Made by a program: the position numbers and the translations under genes. The notes beneath the pieces are model-generated. The model was not told where the DNA came from and searched no databases. It saw only the letters and a list, made by a program, of their open reading frames with translations. A DNA stretch of 64,000 bases, from the IMG/VR virus record IMGVR_UViG_3300035670_000055, positions 32,001 through 96,000 of that record. One strand, 5' to 3'. Shown here piece by piece: positions 1 through 10,785 of the stretch. Positions within the stretch are counted from its first letter, which is position 1. Every line of letters starts with the position of its first letter. Origin of the DNA: a virus.

Positions 1-1
1 A

Positions 2-3000
2 ATTAGAAGTATTCTTTATTCCATGGTGAATAAATCATTTATTTCTCCTAAGATGAATGGTGCTCCACACGTACAAGCTCCTTCTACAATGTTTGAACAA
101 GAAAATAGAATATTAGCAATTAAAGAAAATGGTGTGTACAGATTAATTGTAACACAAAAACAATATAATTCTTTAAGTGCTGCAGATAAGAAAAATGCCA
201 TTATTACTCCTGATACAGAAAAATATTTTAATGAATTGGGAGAAGAGCAAAAGAAAACTGCTGTTCTTACAGATAATACGCTGAAGTTCTACACTAAAGA
301 ACAACCTTGGTGTGAAATCATGTTACCTAATTGGTTCAAAAATAAACTAAAGAAAGGAAAATTAAAAAATGCTTCTGATGAAGATATTATCAACTATCTA
401 AATAATTCAAAAGAAGGACAAAGAATATTATCTGGAATGGCATTCCGTATTCCTACACAAGCACTTTCTTCTATTGAAAGATTTAAAGTGAAAGCTTTTC
501 TTCCTCAGTATATGGGACATGCAGTGATTGTACCTACAGAGATTACAAAAAAATCTGGATCTGACTTTGATATTGATAAATTGAACATTTATTTAAAATC
601 AATTTATGTAGATAATAGTGGTAATCCTAGAATTATTGAATACAAAGGTTCAGAAGAAGAAACAAAACAGTTTTATGCAGAAGTTTTTGAAAAAGGTTTT
701 GATAAAAAGATTTCTAATAAATCAGAATTGTTAGAAGCAATTGATATTGTTTTATATAATTTAGATGATCCAAAAGATCTTCTTTCTAAACATGGAGATT
801 ATATTATGTCTTTTAGAGATAAATTTTCTTCTCCTATGGATGTAAGAGATTATTTGGAAAATCAGTTAAAAAAAATAACTGAAGAAGAATATTACAATAA
901 GAGAAAAGAAGATTATGTAAATAGAATGTATAAGAGTGCTTTAGAAAATAGATATTACGAAGCATTAGAAAGATTATTCGAGCTACAACCTATTGAAAAA
1001 ATTCTTTCTCCTGTAGATGATGGAGGATTAGAAGATGTTTCTAAAAACCTAGATAAATTAAGAAACGATAATGAATCTGCAATAAAAGGAAGATTATTAA
1101 ATAGAAACTATATGTCTAATCTAAGACATGCATTTATCGTAGGAAAAGCATGGGTTGGTATTGCTGCTGTAAATATTACAGGATTATCATTAAGACAAAA
1201 ATCTAAAGTGTATCTAGATCCTAATAGAATTTCTTTGTTAGGAAAAAGAGAACAAGATTTTGTTAAAAACTTAGATATTGCTCTTCCACATAATACAATG
1301 GTATTAGAGAATGGACAAAAGGTAGTTTCTTTATCTGGATTAAAAACAGCAGATGGAACACAGTATCTATCTGATAGGTTCTCTGGATATGCTACAGCGT
1401 TTGTAGATATTGCAGCAAATCCATTCATTTCTAAGATTATTAAGAGTGATATTGTTATTTCTACATTTATGTTATTAGAAGCTGTAGGTGCTGGTAATAA
1501 AGGGGTGTATTTCTTAAATCAACCAATTATAGAAGAGTATTTAAAATTATTAGATAAAGAAGGAACTAAATCTGTAGTAAATGAAAATAACATTAAAAAA
1601 GTAAAAGAATTATTTCCTGCTAATGAAAAAGATATAAAATATGTAAAAATATCTCCAGAAGGATTAGAACAAAATATTGCAGACTATTATAAAAATGGTA
1701 AATTAAGACCTACAAAAAATGCAGAACAGCAAAAAATATTAGATGAATTTATTAAATATAAAATATTAGCAGACCAATTGTTTGAGTTTACACAAGCGAC
1801 AAACTATGACACTACTAGATTAACAGGTGTAGATTCTTTATATAAAAAAGAATTACTTACTAAAAAAGTAAGAGAAAGAAATATTATTGCTAATATAGAT
1901 GGTGTATTAAATGAAACTTTTATTGGTAATCTTACTAACTTGCTATCAAAATCTACACAAGCAATGGGAACTATCTTTAAATTAGATGAACCAAAAATCA
2001 GAGCTTATGTATTAGATACAGTGAAAAGATATGCAACTAAACCATTTATGTCTAATGATGATTATGAAAGAATAACTAATTTAATTAGAAGTTCTTTCTT
2101 AGATTATATTATTCAATCTCATTCTACATTAAATAAAGAAATTTCTGATTTATTATTAAATGAATCTACAAATATTGCTACACAATTAGAACTAATGAAA
2201 TCTAAATATCCAGGTATATCAATTCTACAAGATTTTGAAGTGGTATCTGGAAATAGAGAAAATAGTGCTAAGACAGTTAAGTTAAAAGTTAATTTAAAAG
2301 GAGATGTATTTGCTGAGAATCATTATATTGCTAAAATGAATGAGTTAAGAGATTATAATACGGAACTTAATGAATTCTACAATAATTTAATTAGAGTGGC
2401 TATATTACAAGGAAATTCACAATCTGCTATTTCTTTTAAAAATATTATTCCTGTACAAGATTATGCTAAAATTATTACACCAATTATAAATAATATAATG
2501 CCTGGTGCAAGATTGGATAATTTTACAAAATCAATGTTTGAAAGAAATAGTTTTACAAATGAAAATGTATTTGTTCCAGCTAAAATATTTTATGCTAAAG
2601 AAAGTCAAGGTGGTGGTTTATGGCTTCCTGCATTTGATTTTAGCAAATATAAATTTAATTCTGATGAAAGACAATTACTAAAACTTTCTGAGAAATTTAA
2701 TTTTACACAAGTTAGTTCTGATTTTGTAAAAGTTCCTAGAGTGTTCAAAACTAAGGTGGGAGTAGTTGATGAATTTGGAGATACAGACACACAAGAAAGG
2801 TACATAGATATATTATCTGGAAAAGTAATGAGACCAGAAGACTGGAAACAAGCTAAAGAAAAAGGAGACCAATCTTTAAATGACGTGTTTTATTACAAGA
2901 AAGTATATACAAATGAAGTAGACCAATTTGGAGAAAGAATTCCATTAAAAATATGGAATGGAGATGGAAAGGTACTAGCATTTGAACAAGTGTATAAACT

Positions 3001-3253
3001 AATGAATGTATATGGAGATAGTTTTAGAGCTGCTGAATATCCTTCTTCTAACGTAAGTTCTATATTTGATAATGGTTCTATTAAAACAAGAGAATTAACA
3101 GATGAAGAAATTGTAGATGCTATAAAAAATCCTGGTAAGAAAAAGGAAATTGTTACTGATTCTTTGAAAGATGAAGAAAATTCATTATCTTTACCAACAG
3201 AAGAAGATCTTGGACTAAATACAGATTTATCACAAGATGATTTTAAATGCTAA
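2..3253 (+). CDS. Virion-packaged RNA polymerase of crAss-like phages (C-terminal part; 5' end lies outside the window)
   Basis: Motifs RIPTQALSSI and GSDFDIDKL (DxDxD, nt 563-577) match the catalytic loop of crAss-like virion RNAPs (phi14:2 gp66 type). The frame is open from base 2 (IRSILYS-MVNK), so the ATG at 23 is internal. Confidence 0.88.
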   Translation: MRSILYSMVNKSFISPKMNGAPHVQAPSTMFEQENRILAIKENGVYRLIVTQKQYNSLSAADKKNAIITPDTEKYFNELGEEQKKTAVLTDNTLKFYTKEQPWCEIMLPNWFKNKLKKGKLKNASDEDIINYLNNSKEGQRILSGMAFRIPTQALSSIERFKVKAFLPQYMGHAVIVPTEITKKSGSDFDIDKLNIYLKSIYVDNSGNPRIIEYKGSEEETKQFYAEVFEKGFDKKISNKSELLEAIDIVLYNLDDPKDLLSKHGDYIMSFRDKFSSPMDVRDYLENQLKKITEEEYYNKRKEDYVNRMYKSALENRYYEALERLFELQPIEKILSPVDDGGLEDVSKNLDKLRNDNESAIKGRLLNRNYMSNLRHAFIVGKAWVGIAAVNITGLSLRQKSKVYLDPNRISLLGKREQDFVKNLDIALPHNTMVLENGQKVVSLSGLKTADGTQYLSDRFSGYATAFVDIAANPFISKIIKSDIVISTFMLLEAVGAGNKGVYFLNQPIIEEYLKLLDKEGTKSVVNENNIKKVKELFPANEKDIKYVKISPEGLEQNIADYYKNGKLRPTKNAEQQKILDEFIKYKILADQLFEFTQATNYDTTRLTGVDSLYKKELLTKKVRERNIIANIDGVLNETFIGNLTNLLSKSTQAMGTIFKLDEPKIRAYVLDTVKRYATKPFMSNDDYERITNLIRSSFLDYIIQSHSTLNKEISDLLLNESTNIATQLELMKSKYPGISILQDFEVVSGNRENSAKTVKLKVNLKGDVFAENHYIAKMNELRDYNTELNEFYNNLIRVAILQGNSQSAISFKNIIPVQDYAKIITPIINNIMPGARLDNFTKSMFERNSFTNENVFVPAKIFYAKESQGGGLWLPAFDFSKYKFNSDERQLLKLSEKFNFTQVSSDFVKVPRVFKTKVGVVDEFGDTDTQERYIDILSGKVMRPEDWKQAKEKGDQSLNDVFYYKKVYTNEVDQFGERIPLKIWNGDGKVLAFEQVYKLMNVYGDSFRAAEYPSSNVSSIFDNGSIKTRELTDEEIVDAIKNPGKKKEIVTDSLKDEENSLSLPTEEDLGLNTDLSQDDFKC

Positions 3254-3268
3254 AATAAATATTAAACT

Positions 3269-6200
3269 ATGGATTTTTGTAAAATTGGAATAGATAACGC
3301 AGTAAATAGAGCTATTAAAAATAATCCAGATTATTCTTATGATGAAAAAAGTGGAATTATTGAAATAAGTGATAATCCTAACAAAGATTTAAATCAATAC
3401 ACATCAATTAGATTTGCAAAAGGAATAGCTGCACAAATTAATAAATTTATAAACGATGGAGAAAAGGCAATTGGAAGAATTGCCTATTCTTCTTTTTATA
3501 AAGGAAGAGGAGTTGTAAGAATTGTTCCTACTAATTCACAATTAGAATTAATTAATTCTAATGAAGAAAAAAAATATATAGAATTAGAAGATAAAATACA
3601 AGAAGAATTATTACAAGAAGAATTTAGAAAACTTGCAGAAGAATCTAATACATATCTGGATGAAGAAAAAGAAGTAGTTTATGAAGATCCTTTATTACAA
3701 TTATCAGATGAAAATTTAAAACCTGTCTCTCCAAAAATGTTAAAATTTGTAAAAGAATTTATTAAACAGATTGGTGTAGATTATCAAAAGGTTGATAAAA
3801 TTGTTGTAAATGGAAAAGTTATAGATGCTAATGGTATTGCTCGAATGATGAGTAAACTTATTCAAGTGGTTGAAGGAAAAGAATCTGTAGCTCTTCCAGA
3901 AGAAGCTATGCACTTTGCTGTAGAGATTATAGAACAAACTAATCCAAAATTATTTGAACAAATGTTGAAAGATATAAATGGAGAGGAAATTTATAAAGAT
4001 GTATTAGAACAATATGGTAAAAATCCATATTATCAAAAAGATGGTAAACCAGATATAAGAAAATTAAAAAAAGAAGCTATTGGTAAATTACTAGTAGATA
4101 AAGTTTCCAGCATAAAAGCACAAACTTGGTGGGATAAAATTGTAAAATTCTTAAAAGAACTATTTAATAAACCACAGATGGATGGTGTAGATAGTCTTAC
4201 ACAATTTGCAGAAATGATTGTATCTGGAGAAGATTTTGGCACTGTAAATGATATTAAATCTTTAGAAGATTATTTCCAATTAAATGAACAAGATAAAGTA
4301 TTTAATAAATTAAAAGATTTAGATAATCAAATAACAAAAGAAGATGATGGTGTAAATGATGATGGAGATCCAAGACAAAGTTATTTTATAGGTGATAAAA
4401 AAATTAAATATAGAGTTACAGATTTTGTAAGTGATTGGTATTTAAAAATATTTGGTAATGAACAAACAGAATATCAAAAAAGACTAGCAGAATTAAAAGC
4501 AGAAGAAGGAACAAAAGGACATTATCATTTTGAAAAAGCATTTGATACATTTGTAGATTCTGATACAGGATTACTGAGAGAAGATTTTTTAGAAGATGAT
4601 GATCAATATTTATCTACTTTATCACAGGTAGATAAAGATGTGTATGCTACATTAAAAGAAAATTTAAGAGATAGATTATTATCTTTTCCTGAAGGAAGTA
4701 AGTTCTTAAAAGAAACAAAAATATATGATGGTAAAGAAACTGCTGGTACAGTGGATTTATTAATTGTAGAACCTTCTGGTAAAGTTAGTATTATTGACTG
4801 GAAATTTATAGACATAAATACTGATAAATATGAAGATGTTCCTTGGTATAAAGTTAAAGCTTGGAATCTTCAAATGGAAAAATATAGAGGTATTCTTACT
4901 AAGAATTATGGAGTAAAAGAAGAAGATTTTAAGCAAACAAGAATGATACCTATTCTTGCTATGTACACAGATGCTGATTATCAGGGACAAAATCTTCCTA
5001 AATTAAGAGGAATTAAAATAGGTTCTGTAAATGTTGATAATATTAATGAAGATTATTTACTATATGTAGGATTTAAAGAAAGAACAGGGGATGAAAAAAT
5101 TGATAATTTATTAGATAAAATGAATAGTGTTTATTCTAAAATATCTAATGAAAAAGTATCTCCACAAGATAGACCTTTAAAAAATGAACAACTAAACTCT
5201 TTATATAAGGCTATTAGACACTTAGAAATAAAAAAAGATATTATCCCTTTAATTAATCAAGGAAAGGTGCTAAATAAACAAGTTAGTAATTTTATTAAAA
5301 AATACAATGATAATATAAAAGATAAATCTAAAGAAGAATTAGAAAAAGAAACAATTAATGAGTTTGCTGGAATGATTAGAGTGCACATGGAAGCTCTACA
5401 ACCATATTTAGGTATAAGGCAATTAAAGTATTTATTAAATGAAACTAATCCTGAATTTAATGAAATAAAATCAAAATTAAGAGATACGATAGAAGATGTA
5501 CAGGATTATCTGGATCAACTAGAATCTATAGATAAAGAATTTGGTAAAAAGTTTGTAGGAGCTAGTTACACAGCAGAAAAAGTTGTAAAAGGTATTACTA
5601 GATGGTTTGGTAATGCTGCTACAATTCAATTAGAGAATTTACAAAGATTATTTACATTAGCTAATGAAGCAACAGCAATTTCTAATTTCGAAGTGAGCGA
5701 TGAAGTAAAAAAATTAGAAGAACTTAAAGAAAAATATATTAATTGGGCTAGGTCAAAAGGATTATCTACAAAAGATTATTTTAAAATGATAATAAAGAAT
5801 GACAAAAATGAGCTGATTAATCAATACGATTCTAATTTTTATAAAGAATTAAAAACTGCAGTTGCTAAAAAAGATTTTAGATGGATATTAGATAATGTGG
5901 ACAAAGTCGAAGTTATTAAAAAAATAAAAGAACAAGAAGAAAGAGAAATAGACGCAGCTTTAAACTATCCTGTTGTTGGTTCTGAGGAGCATGTAAAAGC
6001 AGAAATCAATAGAAAAATAGCCAAGATTAAAGATAAATATGATGTTTCTACATCTACATCTAAAGGTTGGTTACAAGAGCAATTTATAAAAATACCAACG
6101 GAGAAATGGGAATCTCAGGAATGGAAAACATTACATGAAAAAGATTCTTCTGGAAATTATGTAAATCAACCAGCTATAGATTTTTATAATTATATTGTAG

Positions 6201-8266
6201 AAAAAAATAAGTTATATAAAGAAATAGGATATTTAACAGGTAAATCAGCTAGAACATTTCTTCCTTGGATAAGAAAAGGATTTTTAGAAGGAGTAATATT
6301 AGATGGAAAACCACAAGGTTCTCTAGATCAGTTTTTAAGAAATATTTCTGTAGATGAAAATGAAACTGCTTATGGACAGATAGATCCTATTACAGGAAAA
6401 GTAATTGATACTATTCCTATTCATTTTGTAAATCAATTAGATGGAAAATATTCTACAGATTTATTTTCTACAATGTTTTTATATAATGAATTTGCAATTA
6501 AATATAAAAATCTTTCTCAAATAGAAGAACAAGCTAGATTATTGTTAAGGGCAGAACAAAATAAACAATCTATAATGACTTCTATGTTTGGAAACGTTAT
6601 AAAAAAGGGAGAAGGATTTGATTTTAATAATAATAATTTAGAAAATACAAAACTTTATGAATCATTCATGAAGTCTATTATTTATCAACAAAAATATATT
6701 AATGATTCTGAATTTGACATAATAATTGGTAAAATATCTGGATTTGGTAAAAAATTTAATGATAAATTAGGAATGAAAATATTTCCTGAAGCTATGGAAT
6801 CTAGATATTTAACAGTAAATAAAACATTAGATCAAATGAATAGAGCTTTCCAGTTACAGGCGTTAGGACTAAATGCTCTTTCTTCTATTTCTAACATGTT
6901 TGGTGGTACAGCTAATGCAATGATTAATGCTGGTAAATATTTTACTAAAGATGACTATTTAAAAACACAAGCTAAATTTCTTTGGGAAAAATTACAAGGA
7001 GATGAAAATGCTGGTAAAATATTAGCTGCTGTAGATTATTTTGCTCCATTTGTAGATAATTATAACAAAGAAGCTAAAAAGAAATTATCTCTTATGAAAT
7101 TAACTCCAGAAGGGATACAAGATTTTCTTATGGTTGGTCTTAGAAAAGGAGATGAAATGATTCAATATATGAATGCTTTTACGTTTATAAAGAATATGAT
7201 TGTTGTAGATGGACAGGTAAAAAATGTTAGAGAATATTTAAGAAGTACAGATGAGTACAAAGATTTTTATGCTGGTAATGCAGAGCAGAGAAAGGAAAGA
7301 AAAGAAAAATTTGAAGAAGATGTTAATAAGTTAATTGAAGAAAAAGGATTATTAAATGTCTCTAAACTATCAGAAAATGGCACATTAGAAATACCTGGTA
7401 TAGAAAGAAAATCTGATTCTATAATAGAACAAAGAAGAATCATACAACAGTTTACTTCTGATGCATTAGGTTCTTTAACAGAAGAAAATAGAAGATTGAT
7501 TAACATGAATGTATATGGTTCTTCTTTAATGGTATTTAAAAACTGGATTCCTAGATTGGTAGATGTTCGTGTAGGAGGATTAAAGTATAATGCTGCATAT
7601 CAAGCTTATGAATGGGGTAGATATAGAACATTTTATAGTATGCTTATTCCAGATATATTAAAGACTATTAAGAGCCTCACAGGAGCTGTAACTGGAAATA
7701 GTGATGTTTGGTTAGAACAAGTTAGATCAATGTTTGAAAAACAAAAAGAACAATATTTTAATAGTACAGGGAAAGAATTAAAAATGACAGAATCAGAATT
7801 TATTTCACTTGTAAATCAAAATATTAAAAACCAAGCATTAGATTTAATGATTTTAACAACATTATTAGCAATTGGTACAGTAGCAAAAGCTATGGCTCCA
7901 GATGATGATGAAGATGAAAATGTAAAAAATGTTTATAAATTTATGTTAAAAGCTACAGATAAAGTGACAGATGAGGTTTCTTATTTTTATAATCCTATGA
8001 CACCATTTAATTTAATTTCTACAAAAGGTGTGTTTCCTTCTGTAGGAATTTTAAATAATTATGCTAAATTCTTAAGAGATTTCGCTTTAGAAAATTATGG
8101 AATGATTATTAATGATGATGAAATTATAGATGATGCTAAACCAATTAAATATTTAATGAAATCTTTTCCTGTATCATCACAGGCTGCTTCTTATTTACCA
8201 ATGTTCTATCCAGAACTAGCAAAAGATCTTGGTATTAGAATGCAATCTACTTATGGTGTTAGATAA
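3269..8266 (+). CDS. Large virion cargo/ejection protein with zincin-like and PD-(D/E)xK nuclease-like domains
   Basis: 1665 aa, directly after the vRNAP. EEAMHFAVE...KEAIGK is zincin-like. GTKGH...E...AGTVDLL...IIDWK...LQMEKY is a PD-(D/E)xK signature. Hydrophobic segment LMILTTLLAIGTVA near the C-terminus. Confidence 0.7.
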   Translation: MDFCKIGIDNAVNRAIKNNPDYSYDEKSGIIEISDNPNKDLNQYTSIRFAKGIAAQINKFINDGEKAIGRIAYSSFYKGRGVVRIVPTNSQLELINSNEEKKYIELEDKIQEELLQEEFRKLAEESNTYLDEEKEVVYEDPLLQLSDENLKPVSPKMLKFVKEFIKQIGVDYQKVDKIVVNGKVIDANGIARMMSKLIQVVEGKESVALPEEAMHFAVEIIEQTNPKLFEQMLKDINGEEIYKDVLEQYGKNPYYQKDGKPDIRKLKKEAIGKLLVDKVSSIKAQTWWDKIVKFLKELFNKPQMDGVDSLTQFAEMIVSGEDFGTVNDIKSLEDYFQLNEQDKVFNKLKDLDNQITKEDDGVNDDGDPRQSYFIGDKKIKYRVTDFVSDWYLKIFGNEQTEYQKRLAELKAEEGTKGHYHFEKAFDTFVDSDTGLLREDFLEDDDQYLSTLSQVDKDVYATLKENLRDRLLSFPEGSKFLKETKIYDGKETAGTVDLLIVEPSGKVSIIDWKFIDINTDKYEDVPWYKVKAWNLQMEKYRGILTKNYGVKEEDFKQTRMIPILAMYTDADYQGQNLPKLRGIKIGSVNVDNINEDYLLYVGFKERTGDEKIDNLLDKMNSVYSKISNEKVSPQDRPLKNEQLNSLYKAIRHLEIKKDIIPLINQGKVLNKQVSNFIKKYNDNIKDKSKEELEKETINEFAGMIRVHMEALQPYLGIRQLKYLLNETNPEFNEIKSKLRDTIEDVQDYLDQLESIDKEFGKKFVGASYTAEKVVKGITRWFGNAATIQLENLQRLFTLANEATAISNFEVSDEVKKLEELKEKYINWARSKGLSTKDYFKMIIKNDKNELINQYDSNFYKELKTAVAKKDFRWILDNVDKVEVIKKIKEQEEREIDAALNYPVVGSEEHVKAEINRKIAKIKDKYDVSTSTSKGWLQEQFIKIPTEKWESQEWKTLHEKDSSGNYVNQPAIDFYNYIVEKNKLYKEIGYLTGKSARTFLPWIRKGFLEGVILDGKPQGSLDQFLRNISVDENETAYGQIDPITGKVIDTIPIHFVNQLDGKYSTDLFSTMFLYNEFAIKYKNLSQIEEQARLLLRAEQNKQSIMTSMFGNVIKKGEGFDFNNNNLENTKLYESFMKSIIYQQKYINDSEFDIIIGKISGFGKKFNDKLGMKIFPEAMESRYLTVNKTLDQMNRAFQLQALGLNALSSISNMFGGTANAMINAGKYFTKDDYLKTQAKFLWEKLQGDENAGKILAAVDYFAPFVDNYNKEAKKKLSLMKLTPEGIQDFLMVGLRKGDEMIQYMNAFTFIKNMIVVDGQVKNVREYLRSTDEYKDFYAGNAEQRKERKEKFEEDVNKLIEEKGLLNVSKLSENGTLEIPGIERKSDSIIEQRRIIQQFTSDALGSLTEENRRLINMNVYGSSLMVFKNWIPRLVDVRVGGLKYNAAYQAYEWGRYRTFYSMLIPDILKTIKSLTGAVTGNSDVWLEQVRSMFEKQKEQYFNSTGKELKMTESEFISLVNQNIKNQALDLMILTTLLAIGTVAKAMAPDDDEDENVKNVYKFMLKATDKVTDEVSYFYNPMTPFNLISTKGVFPSVGILNNYAKFLRDFALENYGMIINDDEIIDDAKPIKYLMKSFPVSSQAASYLPMFYPELAKDLGIRMQSTYGVR

Positions 8267-8289
8267 AAGATATTCATATGCTATATTAT

Positions 8290-8341
8290 ATAATCTATTT
8301 TGTAATTAATTTTTTAATTACAAATAGATTATGTAAATTTG
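8290..8341 (+). promoter_or_regulatory. AT-rich inverted repeat followed by a Bacteroidota-type -7 promoter box
   Basis: ataatctattt-tgtaatta...taattaca-aatagattat (8290-8332), then TAAATTTG (8334-8341) about 20 nt before the ATG at 8362. Confidence 0.6.
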
Positions 8342-8361
8342 TTAACCTATAGAAATAAAAA

Positions 8362-10785
8362 ATGAAACATTGTACAACAGATAAATGTCCACAAATATTA
8401 GACTCTTCATGTGTATTTTATGAAGGAACAAGCCTTATATTCTCTGGAATAAATACAAATGATTCTGTAGAAATAGTAATACAAAAATTAAATTTAAAAT
8501 TAGAATCTATTCCAGTATTTAATTCAAATAATTATTATACAAAAAATGAAACTTATTCTAAAATTGAAATTAATGAGTTACTAGATACAATAGAAGTAAC
8601 AAAAACACAATTAGATGTTTTAATTTCTGAAAATAAATTAGAGCCAAATAGGCTTTATAAAATTACAGGAGTTGAATCATGGTGTATTTCACAGCACTTA
8701 ATTAAAGCTATTTATCTTAAAGCAATTACTAACAACACTTTAGAATCAGAAGGTGTAGGTGAATTTTACACACCAAAATACAACAATTCAGATGATAATT
8801 TAGGTATTTGGAAAGGAGAGTTATTTACTAATGGAATGATTGATTCATTAAGTTATAATATTGGCGATAAAGTTATTTGGGGTAATTTGTTTTGGGAGAA
8901 TATAAGTGGGAGTATTGGAAATAATATTGGAAGTAAGGTTGGAAGTCTTGTTCAAGTAAAAGTAGAAAATCATTTATCTGAAACAGATTGGCAATTAATA
9001 ACTCCTAATAATAATGAAAATCTTTATAATATTCAATTTGATAGAATTAAATATGATATTGAAAATGACTATATTAATTTTAGAGCAGATGATTTTGGAA
9101 ATGTATATGAGCTTTCTTATAACACTCTTTTTAGTCTATTTCCTTTAGTTAATTCTGTTAATGTTTATTATGTAAATGGAATATCGTTGTTTCAATGGGG
9201 TATAAGTAATACATCAAGCAATACTATTAATGAATCATTAGTCTTTAATTGTAATCACAATTTAATTTCATTTAAAAATAACCATATTTTAAAAAAATCT
9301 ACAATTATTAGAAATAGTTTTTTAAATGTAAATATTGAAGGAAATACACTTAAAACATCTTATGTTACTAATAATTTTTTAAAAACTTATGGGGGAATAT
9401 TTTATAATAACTTAGACAATTCATATATTAGTTTAAATAAATATTATTTTGAAATAAGTTATAATAATTTGAAATATAACTCTAGAATCTATACCAATAA
9501 TGATAATAACATAATTGTTAATGATAAATATTCTATTATTAAAGGAAACGCCTTAGATAATAATAGTACAATATCTTATAATATCTTTGTAGAAGAGGGG
9601 GAAGAAGTAGATGGTAATATAAAATCTATTCAGGGAAATGAATTAATTAACAATTGTTCAATCAATAATAATACTATTAAGAATGGTTCAAAAATAAGTG
9701 ACCATCACTTATCATATTCCTCAACTATTAATAGAAATACATTAGATAGAGAGTCTAATATTTACAATAATCAAGTTACTCAGAGATCAAAAATTGATAA
9801 TAACATTCTAGCAGGACATAGTAGAATATATGCAAATCAATTAGATGATGCCTCTGAAATTACTTTATGTAAATTGAGAATATATCCAACAACTTCTTAC
9901 TCATCTGAAATACATAGTAGTAGATTATTTAAAGGAAAAATACAGAATATTGATTTTGGAAACATTGTAAATCCAGAGGGTACAAATCCTAATGACCCTA
10001 ATTTTCGTGGAAACACTTTGTCAGAATGTATTATTGAAAATTTATCAATAATTAAAGATTTAAAATTTCCTAACAGTGGTGGAAAATACATTCAATTTGT
10101 TAAAATGAATGGATTTAGTGAATTTAAAAATATTACTGTAAATGATTCAATTAGAAATGTAGATTTTATAAATACTATTTTTAATGAAGCATCAGATTAT
10201 TCTAAATTAATAGAAGGTAGTGGATACCAAACAAATGGTTTTACAAAAACTTATATTGATGGAATATTACTACAAGATAAATTTGATGGGAAACAAGATG
10301 TTTTAACAAACCCAGTAACAGGGACTGGTACTATTAACTATCTTACTAAATTCTCAGAAAATGGAAAAATTAGTGACTCTCAAATTTTTGAGGATGGAAC
10401 TAGTGTAGGAATAGGAAAAGATTCACCATCAGAAAAATTAGATATAAATGGAAACGTAAAAGCAACTGGTTTCTTATTAGGAACAGACAAAATATTACCA
10501 ACTAAACCAATTATAGTAACAGGAAATATTACATTAGATAACAGCCATAATTCAGCCGTATTAATTATAACCAATACGTGTACGATTACAATCCCTACTG
10601 GATTAGAGGCAGGCTTTAATCTTGTAGCAATTGTAGAAGGTTCTTTCATAGCAACATTTATACAAGGTAGCGGAACTACCGTAAATGCACCACAAGGTTT
10701 TTATTTAAAAACTAACTCTAAATGTTCTTTAATTAAGAAAAGTGGAGAAAATTATATATTAACAGGAGAATTAGCAACATCATGA
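8362..10785 (+). CDS. Tail fibre/spike-like protein with Asn-rich beta-helix region
   Basis: N-terminal CPQILDSSCVFYEG; long N/I/S-rich stretch with xNxLxxxSxI periodicity; VGIG...PSEKLDINGN fibre motif; located in the virion module. Confidence 0.65.
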   Translation: MKHCTTDKCPQILDSSCVFYEGTSLIFSGINTNDSVEIVIQKLNLKLESIPVFNSNNYYTKNETYSKIEINELLDTIEVTKTQLDVLISENKLEPNRLYKITGVESWCISQHLIKAIYLKAITNNTLESEGVGEFYTPKYNNSDDNLGIWKGELFTNGMIDSLSYNIGDKVIWGNLFWENISGSIGNNIGSKVGSLVQVKVENHLSETDWQLITPNNNENLYNIQFDRIKYDIENDYINFRADDFGNVYELSYNTLFSLFPLVNSVNVYYVNGISLFQWGISNTSSNTINESLVFNCNHNLISFKNNHILKKSTIIRNSFLNVNIEGNTLKTSYVTNNFLKTYGGIFYNNLDNSYISLNKYYFEISYNNLKYNSRIYTNNDNNIIVNDKYSIIKGNALDNNSTISYNIFVEEGEEVDGNIKSIQGNELINNCSINNNTIKNGSKISDHHLSYSSTINRNTLDRESNIYNNQVTQRSKIDNNILAGHSRIYANQLDDASEITLCKLRIYPTTSYSSEIHSSRLFKGKIQNIDFGNIVNPEGTNPNDPNFRGNTLSECIIENLSIIKDLKFPNSGGKYIQFVKMNGFSEFKNITVNDSIRNVDFINTIFNEASDYSKLIEGSGYQTNGFTKTYIDGILLQDKFDGKQDVLTNPVTGTGTINYLTKFSENGKISDSQIFEDGTSVGIGKDSPSEKLDINGNVKATGFLLGTDKILPTKPIIVTGNITLDNSHNSAVLIITNTCTITIPTGLEAGFNLVAIVEGSFIATFIQGSGTTVNAPQGFYLKTNSKCSLIKKSGENYILTGELATS

